From Candidatus Saganbacteria bacterium (GTDB lineage Bacteria > Margulisbacteria > WOR-1 > JAKLHX01), in NCBI GenBank assembly GCA_026387835.1, contig JAPLKZ010000007.1, forward strand, positions 167,257-199,256: 32,000 nucleotides of DNA. The letters run 5' to 3'. This document shows positions 9,018 to 16,208 of this stretch, in pieces (position 1 is the first letter of the stretch; each line of letters begins with the position of its first letter). A model generated the notes under the pieces. It saw nothing but the letters and a program-made list of their open reading frames with translations, ran no database searches and was not told the origin of the DNA. The position numbers and the translations under genes are program-made.

Positions 9018-10838
9018 ATGTCAGGACAAATGGATATAACAACAGGTTTACTCTATAAAGGCGACCAAAAATGGCTGGATTACTCATTGAGTGCTTACTC
9101 GGATTTCTGTAATAATTTTATAATATTGAACACATCTAATAAGAATTCCACGATCACAGCGCGAACGGCCAATAGCTGGCGACAAAAAGGATTAAATGTT
9201 TCATTAGTCTCAACAGCCGGCGTCAATAAAGAGCCAAAGGCATATCTTTATAAAATGGTGAAAAAAGAACGGACAAAATGGATGTTGTTCTTGAACGAAG
9301 GAGAGATACTAGGAGAGGAAGCAAAAGACCAGATGCCTGTGTTATTGGATGATAATTCTGCTCAGGGTTTCAGATTTTTTGTGAGGACATTATGGGATTC
9401 TAAAAAAGAGTTCAGGTGCGATAAGGGGTAGATAAGGACCAGAGCTGGGATATTCAGAGATACGATTGCGGGTAAGGAACAGGATGTTCTTACAGCCAGA
9501 TTAATCAGGAATAACAGGCCTGATGAGGGGCTGGGAGATGCAGGGCAGTGTGAATTCGGGGGTTATATTCCGGCATACATTGATAAGATCTCTATTAAGA
9601 ACGTATATATTAGATTAATAGAAGATATATTCGAAACAAATGCAAAAAGAGTCAGATTCGTTTCAAAGGTAAAACAATATGATAGAAAAGCAGCAAAAGA
9701 ATATCAGCGCATGCTCAGGAACAATTCTAAAGAAAAGACTTTAGGGCTGATGATAGAGGATGCAAAGACAGAAGCTACGGTATCGCTGTGCATGATTGTA
9801 AAAGATGAATATAAAGAGCTTGAAAAATGTCTTGAAAGTGCAAAGGGCATGTACGACGAACTTGTGGTCGTATGGAATGGAAATGATCCGAAAACAATGG
9901 ATGTTATGGAAGAAAATTGTGCCAAGGTGATTAAGTACAGATGGAAAGACGATTTTTCAGATGCAAGAAATCTTTCATTAAAGAATGCTAGCTGTAAGCG
10001 GGTACTCTGGCTTGATGCCGACGATGTAGTATCGAAAGACTGCGGTGCCGATCTGAAAGAATTTCTGAGATACTGTGAAAGTGCGGCACTCCATCTGCCG
10101 GTCGAGATGTCGGGCAATTCCGGACAAAAAGCCCATTCAATAAGGGTAATAAAAAATGGCTACAAGGTAAAGTTTAAGAACAAAGTGCATGAAGTATTAA
10201 AATTCCCAAAAAGGTATCTCGTATCATATTTTCCACTGAAGATAATACATGAAGGCTATACGGATAGCGTGGCGCTTGAAAATAAGGAGCAAAGGAATGA
10301 AAAAATACTAAAAAGGATGCTGAAAGACAAGCACGACAACAGCAACGCACTGTTTTATTTAGGGATGAATGAAACAAATATCAAATCAAGTACAAAATAC
10401 ATTAATAAATATTTAAAACTCAACAGGGGAACAAATGACCTTAAAGAGATGGCACTTACGAAACTAGCTGCAAATTATCTCAAGAACGGAGATCTTAAAA
10501 AAGCCATAAAGTTCGGGTATAAAGCTTTGGAATATAATAATCTGCTGGCAGCGGCATATATCATTATCGGGAACGCTTTGGAGATGGAATATAAATACCA
10601 TCAGGCGGTAACTATGTATGAAACGGCCAAAATATCAAAGCCAAATGAAACGGCAATGTTTCTGAGCGATGTAAATGATTATACGTATACCCCAAGGCTC
10701 AATCTCGGAAAATTGTATATTAAAATGGGGGATCTTGAAAAAGCAAAAGAAAATTTGACCGAAGCCTTGAAATACAGGCCTGGCGATGCCGAATGCACTC
10801 AGATCTTATCCAACAGATTGATTTTCCCTGCAAGTTAA
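9018..10838 (+). pseudogene. Two-domain glycosyltransferase-2-like / TPR protein interrupted by one in-frame TAG (9429-9431); pseudogene, readthrough gene or sequence error
   Basis: ORFs 9018..9431 and 9711..10838 are in the same frame, and the 9432-9710 interval has no further stop. Downstream part: VSLCMIVKDEYKELEKCLESAKGMYDELVVVWNGND plus TPR units. Confidence 0.7.
9711..10838 (+). CDS. C-terminal GT2-like domain plus TPR repeats (the part after the amber codon with its own ATG; real translation start uncertain)
   Basis: GT2 N-terminal motif SLCMIVKDE..L..CL.S; LWLDADDVV-type acidic motif; TPR-like LNLGKLYIKMGDLEKAKENLTEALKYRPGD. Confidence 0.7.
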   Translation: MLRNNSKEKTLGLMIEDAKTEATVSLCMIVKDEYKELEKCLESAKGMYDELVVVWNGNDPKTMDVMEENCAKVIKYRWKDDFSDARNLSLKNASCKRVLWLDADDVVSKDCGADLKEFLRYCESAALHLPVEMSGNSGQKAHSIRVIKNGYKVKFKNKVHEVLKFPKRYLVSYFPLKIIHEGYTDSVALENKEQRNEKILKRMLKDKHDNSNALFYLGMNETNIKSSTKYINKYLKLNRGTNDLKEMALTKLAANYLKNGDLKKAIKFGYKALEYNNLLAAAYIIIGNALEMEYKYHQAVTMYETAKISKPNETAMFLSDVNDYTYTPRLNLGKLYIKMGDLEKAKENLTEALKYRPGDAECTQILSNRLIFPAS

Positions 10839-11001
10839 AAGTTATTGATATCATTGATACAAATATGCATCAAATCGATAAATAACGTGCCTATAAAAGC
10901 GTTTAAATATGGCTTTTTTGAGTCATTTAGCCTCTATTTCGTCCTATTTCTGCATAATCTTTTAAAAAGGGCCTAAATCAGCCATGTTCTCCGCTGCCTG
11001 A

Positions 11002-11095
11002 GTATGGGCCGAAAGACCTGCAGCCATACATTATATAGATATCCACAAGGGCAAACCATAAGCGTCGCATAATATATCTTATGTCAAGTTATGGT
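11002..11095 (+). other. Candidate structured leader / ncRNA region upstream of the EF-hand ORF
   Basis: Stem GTATGG (11002-11007)/CCATAC (11024-11029); nested stems ACCATAA (11055-11061)/TTATGGT (11089-11095) enclosing CATAA (11068-11072)/TTATG (11079-11083). Confidence 0.35.
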
Positions 11096-11200
11096 AAGGG
11101 GGGTATGTGTATGGATTATTTGTGGAACCGTGTTTTTTATGATAATTATCAGTGCAAGTTATTTGATAGTGGCAACGATAGATAATTGAGGAAAGAAAAA

Positions 11201-11398
11201 ATGACAACTGGTAACCTTGGAATATATATTGATATTAACAAAAATGGAACAGTCGATGCTGATGAAAAAAAGTGGATGGATGATTATTTGCAGAATGAAG
11301 TGAAAGATATTAATGATAAGATGAAAAAACTCAATAAGAACCTTATTAATCAATTATCGGGAAATGATGAAGACGATCCGACATCCTCTGTTGCATAA
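11201..11398 (+). CDS. Small protein with a single canonical EF-hand loop, 65 aa
   Basis: DINKNGTVDADE matches the 12-residue EF-hand loop. gagg is positioned upstream of the ATG at 11201; the track's 11186 start is TTG. Confidence 0.65.
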   Translation: MTTGNLGIYIDINKNGTVDADEKKWMDDYLQNEVKDINDKMKKLNKNLINQLSGNDEDDPTSSVA

Positions 11399-11438
11399 AC
11401 CTGTCTTGCTCCTTGATCTAGAACAGGGTTTATTTTTC
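11397..11438 (+). terminator. Weak rho-independent terminator candidate after the EF-hand ORF
   Basis: aaacctgt ... acagggttt with one bulged G, followed by attttt. Confidence 0.35.
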
Positions 11439-11484
11439 CTCCTACCCTATCAAGATAATTAAAACCGATAGTAGTATTACCAGA

Positions 11485-12171
11485 TCAGGAATTAAGTATC
11501 GATCTGAATATATACACGCCATCCTCGCAGCCGAGGACCTTTTCCGTCACCCTTTCCGGGTGAGGCATCATACCCAGAACATTGCGAGCTTCATTGCAGA
11601 TACCGGCTATATTGTTCATTGAACCATTGGGATTATATTTTGCTGACACTGAACCGGACGGGCTGCAGTAGCGGAACACTACCTGCCCTTTCTTTTCGAT
11701 CTTAGCAAGGGTCTCTTTATCGGCAGTATAATTGCCGTCAAAATGGGCTATCGGTACCGTCAGGACCTGTCCTTTTTTACATTTATTAGTGAAGGGTGTC
11801 TTGGCGTTCTCGACACGGATACTGACGTTCTTGCAGAGGAACTTGAGGTGCCTGTTCTTCTGGAGCGCTCCCGGCAAAAGTCCGGCCTCGGTAAGTATCT
11901 GGAACCCGTTGCATATCCCGAGCACCAGCCCCCTGTCCTTCTTTACATATTCTATTATGGAGTTCATCACCGGCGAGAACCTGGCTATTGCGCCTGACCT
12001 GAGGTAATCCCCGTAGGAAAACCCGCCCGGGACGATTATAAGGTCATAGCCTTTTATGCTGCTTTCCTCATGCCACACGAGGTCTGTCTTGGCGTTAAGG
12101 ACCTTCTTCGCGACATGGTAGCAGTCCCAATCGCAGTTGCTTCCTGGGAACACTATTACGGCTGCCTTCAT
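11485..12171 (-). CDS. purQ: Phosphoribosylformylglycinamidine synthase subunit PurQ
   Basis: [47 protein letters not shown], and C-terminal GMMPHPE glutaminase motifs. Confidence 0.96.
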   Translation of the reverse strand: MKAAVIVFPGSNCDWDCYHVAKKVLNAKTDLVWHEESSIKGYDLIIVPGGFSYGDYLRSGAIARFSPVMNSIIEYVKKDRGLVLGICNGFQILTEAGLLPGALQKNRHLKFLCKNVSIRVENAKTPFTNKCKKGQVLTVPIAHFDGNYTADKETLAKIEKKGQVVFRYCSPSGSVSAKYNPNGSMNNIAGICNEARNVLGMMPHPERVTEKVLGCEDGVYIFRSILNS

Positions 12172-12172
12172 C

Positions 12173-12421
12173 CTAGATTTCCTCGATCTCGAAGGTGTAT
12201 TGTTCGACCACGGGGTTTGCCAGGAGTTTCTTGCACATCTCGCTCACCTGGTGCCTTGTGTCTTCTATGCTTTTAGCGTCTATCTTTATATCTATCAGTT
12301 TACCGATCTTAACCTCGGACACGCTAGTGTATTTGAGCGCGTGAAGGGCGTCCTTTATCGTCTTGCCCTGCGGATCAAGTATCCCTTTCTTGTGCCTCAC
12401 AAAAACTTTTACCAGATACAT
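12173..12421 (-). CDS. purS: Phosphoribosylformylglycinamidine synthase subunit PurS, 82 aa
   Basis: [24 protein letters not shown] and [19 protein letters not shown] typical of PurS; directly upstream of purQ. Ends in TAG. Confidence 0.93.
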   Translation of the reverse strand: MYLVKVFVRHKKGILDPQGKTIKDALHALKYTSVSEVKIGKLIDIKIDAKSIEDTRHQVSEMCKKLLANPVVEQYTFEIEEI

Positions 12422-12624
12422 CCTTTTCTCCTTCTTGTCAAATATATTTTAAGAGCTAAAAACCGGTGTTCCGATATGGGTGACGATTAAGCCTTATTCA
12501 TCACCCCTTTGGTCACTTTGAACCTTTCAGCCCTTCCTCTTAAGCCTTTTAAAACCGTTTAAATACACTGCAAGGCATAGATATCATAATCGGCGCTATA
12601 TATGGTGCCCCCATATCTGGAGTG

Positions 12625-13917
12625 TCACAGGCCGAATCTCTTGTAGACGGCATAAAGATTCCTGGTGAAATAGTTCAGGTCGAACAGACCTTCGATCTTG
12701 TCTTTTGGTATATGTTTTTGGAGCTCGCTGTCCTGCATGCAGACATCCTTCATTGGCCTGCCTTTTGACCTGGCTTCCATGGCGCATGCCTGGACGATTT
12801 TGTACGCATCTTCCCGGGTCAGGCCGCTGTCTACAAGGGTCAACAGGATCCTTTGTGAAAAGACGATCCCTCCGGACCTTTCAATATTGGCGAGCATGTT
12901 CTCGGGATGCACGACAAGCCCGTCCATCAAAGAGGTGAACTTGTTCAGCATGTAGTCGATAAGGATATTCGAGTCGGGGATGATGATCCTTTCCCCTGCC
13001 GAGTTGGAAAGGTCCCTTTCGTGCCACAGGGGAATATTTTCCATTGCAGCCAGGCAGTTACCCCTGATCACCCTTGCAAGGCTTGTTATGCGTTCGGATA
13101 TTATAGGGTTCTTTTTATGAGGCATTGCGGACGAACCCTTCTGTCCCTTTTTAAACGGCTCCTCTACCTCAAGTATCTCGGTCCTTGAAAGGTTCCTTAT
13201 CTCGGTCGCGAACTTTTCCAATGAGCCGGCGATCAAGGCGAGGGTCGCCATGTACTCCGCTATCCTGTCCCTCTGGAGCACCTGGGTAGAGGCGGGAGAG
13301 GGCTTAAGTCCCAGTTTGTTGCATACCATCTCCTCTATCTTCGGTTCAAGGTTGGCATAAGACCCCACGGCGCCGGATATCTTGCCGACGTTTACTGACT
13401 CCTTTGCCTTTTTCATCCTTTCAAGGTTACGTTCCATCTCAGCTATCCATACGCAGAGTTTGAAAGCAAAAGTTATTGGCTCGGCATGGACCCCGTGTGT
13501 CCTGCCCATCATCATCGTGCCCTTGTTCTCTCCAGCCCGTTTTTTTAGTGCCACTATAGTCTTTTCAATATCCTCTATGATGATGTCAGAGGAAGCTTTT
13601 AATCGCAGGGAAAGCGCCGTATCTTCCACGTCATAAGAGGTCAGTCCTATGTGGATATAGCGGGAGTCCTCCCCCACTTTTTCGGCGACGCACGTGGTGA
13701 AAGCGATCAGGTCGTGGTCGACTATCTTCTCGATCTCATTTATCCGCTCGATCGAAAAAGATGCATTTTTCCTGATATTTTCGAGGGACTTGCCGGGGAT
13801 CTTGCCGAGCTCAGACCAGACCTCGCATACGGCCAACTCAACGTCAAGCCAGCTCTGGAACTTGGCCTGCTCGTTCCATATGGCCCCCATTTTTGGAAGA
13901 GTGTATCGGTCGATCAT
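12625..13917 (-). CDS. purB: Adenylosuccinate lyase
   Basis: GKIPGK, GLTSYDVEDTALSLR, GRTHGVHAEP, and GSSAMPHKKNPIISE signature. Confidence 0.96.
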   Translation of the reverse strand: MIDRYTLPKMGAIWNEQAKFQSWLDVELAVCEVWSELGKIPGKSLENIRKNASFSIERINEIEKIVDHDLIAFTTCVAEKVGEDSRYIHIGLTSYDVEDTALSLRLKASSDIIIEDIEKTIVALKKRAGENKGTMMMGRTHGVHAEPITFAFKLCVWIAEMERNLERMKKAKESVNVGKISGAVGSYANLEPKIEEMVCNKLGLKPSPASTQVLQRDRIAEYMATLALIAGSLEKFATEIRNLSRTEILEVEEPFKKGQKGSSAMPHKKNPIISERITSLARVIRGNCLAAMENIPLWHERDLSNSAGERIIIPDSNILIDYMLNKFTSLMDGLVVHPENMLANIERSGGIVFSQRILLTLVDSGLTREDAYKIVQACAMEARSKGRPMKDVCMQDSELQKHIPKDKIEGLFDLNYFTRNLYAVYKRFGL

Positions 13918-13937
13918 TACTTTCTCCTTGCAGGATA

Positions 13938-13946
13938 ATTATAACA
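13938..13946 (-). promoter_or_regulatory. Extended -10 element TGTTATAAT upstream of purB
   Basis: Reverse complement of attataaca, 20 nt upstream of the purB start, with an aaggag Shine-Dalgarno in between. Confidence 0.5.
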
Positions 13947-13999
13947 TATGGCTGAAATCTGATGATTATTATTTCGATAATAAAATAGAGGGTCCTTCA

Positions 14000-15118
14000 A
14001 TGAATAGATATGAATTAAGAAACCCAACAGGGCATAATATAGTATTGCCCCAGCATTTTAATCCCGGAGCAAGTGTCCGTCTGTCGATGTTGATCTCAGA
14101 TATTGACCGCACAGCAATCAGCACAGGAATATCAAGGATACAGGGTTCCAACCGTGTTCAATTAGTAAGAAGCCTGCTTATGGGTAAAGATGTTCATCTT
14201 ATCAGCGGCAGCCCTTACCACCCTCAATATGCAGGGCTTGATTTTTCAAGGGAATCTATTCAAAGAAGGGTCGCTGAACCGGTCTTCAATAGTCTTCAAA
14301 GACTTAGGTCCATTGAAATGATGCCGCATCTCAAAATACATTATATTTCCGGGAAAGGGAAAGTGACTTTTACCGGGTCCGGAACAGAGCAAATGACCGA
14401 AGATAAAGAAAATCTTATTCCAGATGATATTAACTTCAAGATCGCGGTTGCTTTAGCGGGCGGGTTCTGTGCAAGGGTTAAGGGAATATGCTTGAATGGG
14501 TTCATGAGAGGTGATCTTAAAAGGTCTTTGGATTCTTCAGTTGATTTAAAAGCAATTGAAGCTGTTGTCAGGAAGGCTACTGGGATCGAAGCTGTGAGGT
14601 TCTGGCCCTTTGGAAGCGAATTGGCATTAATTTTCCATAGCCCAAAAGCTCCGAACGGTGATGGTGTTGATAAATTTGCGAGATCAGTATTAGAGGCGGA
14701 AGGCATTATACTCCCTGAGGATAATTACTCTTTTTCAGGCGGAGGCGCTTATGCCAAAGTTGCCAGGATTAAAAAGAGAGATGTTATTGAAAAAGAACTG
14801 GCCGCCTTGAATCCAAACGGTGCTGTCCTTGGGCTTGGCGATTCAAATGCGGATGATTTCCTGCTTTTAGACCCGGATAGTTTTTTATTCTTCCCGGTCT
14901 ATTTAGGGGCCGAAAAGGATATGGAACAGCATCCCCAGATATTAACTGCCTTGGACCGTTTTGGAAAAGACAGGATGGAGGCAAGAGGATTCGGCCGCAC
15001 AGTCAAAACCTTCCTCGACGCCGAAGAGGCCGGTAAAACATACTATGACCTGCCGATCTTTTTAAAAGGCCAATCAATAAATCAACTTATCCAAATGGGG
15101 TTCAGGCTTCAAAACTAA
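14000..15118 (+). CDS. HAD-superfamily-like hydrolase with a large insertion, 372 aa
   Basis: Motif I LISDIDRT, motif II-like LISGSPY, and motif IV GLGDSNADDFLLL. ATG 14000 preceded by agaggg; the listed ORF start at 13694 is inside purB antisense and unlikely. Confidence 0.65.
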   Translation: MNRYELRNPTGHNIVLPQHFNPGASVRLSMLISDIDRTAISTGISRIQGSNRVQLVRSLLMGKDVHLISGSPYHPQYAGLDFSRESIQRRVAEPVFNSLQRLRSIEMMPHLKIHYISGKGKVTFTGSGTEQMTEDKENLIPDDINFKIAVALAGGFCARVKGICLNGFMRGDLKRSLDSSVDLKAIEAVVRKATGIEAVRFWPFGSELALIFHSPKAPNGDGVDKFARSVLEAEGIILPEDNYSFSGGGAYAKVARIKKRDVIEKELAALNPNGAVLGLGDSNADDFLLLDPDSFLFFPVYLGAEKDMEQHPQILTALDRFGKDRMEARGFGRTVKTFLDAEEAGKTYYDLPIFLKGQSINQLIQMGFRLQN

Positions 15119-16180
15119 TTACAGTTTATATGCCATTGACTCGATCTCTCTGAGCAGCTCTGATACCATATCCTCTTCTCTGACCTTTTTTATCAGCTCA
15201 CCTTTTTTAAAGATCATCCCCTGCCCTTTTCCTCCTGCAAGTCCGAGGTCGGCTTCTGCAGCTTCTCCCGGACCGTTCACGACGCAGCCCATTATGGCGA
15301 TCTTAAGCGGAACTTCTATATGCCTTGTATTTTCTTCGATCTCTTTGACGACATGCTCCATGTCATATTCAAGCCTGCCGCAGGTCGGGCACGAGATGAT
15401 CGTTACCCCTTTGTTGAACATATTAAGCGATCTTAGTATCTCAAAACCGACCCTGACTTCTTCAACCGGGCTTCCGGTAAGAGAAACTCTTATCGTATCC
15501 CCGATGCCCTGCGACAAAAGAGAACCTATCCCGACTGCAGACCTGATGATCCCCGTTTTGGGGATGCCTGCTTCGGTTATCCCGACATGGAGAGGATAAT
15601 CGACCTTCTTTGAAAGTATCTGATAAGCTTCGATCGTCTTTGGCACGTCGGAGGCTTTTATTGAAACGACGATATCACTGAACTTCAGCTTTTCAAGTAT
15701 TTTAACGTGTTTTAAAGCACTTTCCACAAGGGCCTGAGCTGTAGGGTGCCCGTGCTTTTTCAATATTTCCTTATCAAGCGAGCCGCTGTTCACGCCTATC
15801 CTTATGGGAACTTTCTTTTCTTTGGCCGAAGAGACGACGGCTTTTATCCTTTCAATATCACCGATATTGCCGGGATTTATCCTCAGCTTGTCGATCCCCG
15901 CTTCAAGGGCCGTGAGGGCTAATTTATGATCAAAATGTATGTCTGCGACAAGAGGTATTGAAATGGAACGCTTTATTATCCCGAGAGCATTGGCGTCGGC
16001 CTCGTCTTTTACGGCGACGCGCACTATCTGGCATCCCGCCTCTTCGAGCATTTGGATCTGTTTTATGGTAGCTTCGGCATCGCTCGTGAAGGTCTTTGTC
16101 ATCGACTGGACAGATACAGGGGATAAGCCTCCGATCGTCACGTTCCCGACTTTTACAGGTCTTGTCTTTTTGCGGGGCAT
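15119..16180 (-). CDS. ispG: 4-hydroxy-3-methylbut-2-en-1-yl diphosphate synthase
   Basis: GGLSPVSVQSMTKT, VADIHFD, RINPGNIG, SCPTCGRLEYD, CVVNGPGEAAEADLG motifs. Confidence 0.96.
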   Translation of the reverse strand: MPRKKTRPVKVGNVTIGGLSPVSVQSMTKTFTSDAEATIKQIQMLEEAGCQIVRVAVKDEADANALGIIKRSISIPLVADIHFDHKLALTALEAGIDKLRINPGNIGDIERIKAVVSSAKEKKVPIRIGVNSGSLDKEILKKHGHPTAQALVESALKHVKILEKLKFSDIVVSIKASDVPKTIEAYQILSKKVDYPLHVGITEAGIPKTGIIRSAVGIGSLLSQGIGDTIRVSLTGSPVEEVRVGFEILRSLNMFNKGVTIISCPTCGRLEYDMEHVVKEIEENTRHIEVPLKIAIMGCVVNGPGEAAEADLGLAGGKGQGMIFKKGELIKKVREEDMVSELLREIESMAYKL

Positions 16181-16189
16181 TTCAGAAGT

Positions 16190-16198
16190 ATTATAACA
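16190..16198 (-). promoter_or_regulatory. Extended -10 element TGTTATAAT in the 28-nt csaB/ispG gap
   Basis: Reverse complement of attataaca; ends 9 nt before the ispG start, no Shine-Dalgarno. Confidence 0.5.
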
Positions 16199-16208
16199 CA
16201 GCCAGCGC

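Noticed and set aside
9429-9431. Genome-wide reassignment of TAG (e.g. pyrrolysine or suppressed amber code)
   Set aside because: purS (TAG, complement of 12173-12175) and the AlbA_2 gene (TAG 26827-26829) end naturally at TAG, so TAG functions as an ordinary stop here. Only a local event at the GT2 gene remains open.
9704-10117. 137-aa minus-strand ORF across the GT2/TPR gene
   Set aside because: Opposite the recognisable GT2 domain; shadow ORF.
11041-11110. Confident c-di-GMP (GEMM) riboswitch call based on GGGCAAACC
   Set aside because: Only the 5' strand resembles the consensus; the expected GACGCAAAGCC and downstream receptor sequences are not present, so it is reported only as an unclassified leader.
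11186-11200. TTG start giving a 70-aa EF-hand protein
   Set aside because: The ATG at 11201 has a gagg motif about 9 nt upstream; the TTG would place the SD inside the ORF.
13694-13999. N-terminal 102 codons of the listed 474-aa ORF
   Set aside because: They are antisense to the conserved N-terminus of purB and low in recognisable protein character; the ATG at 14000 with an agaggg Shine-Dalgarno gives a sensible start.
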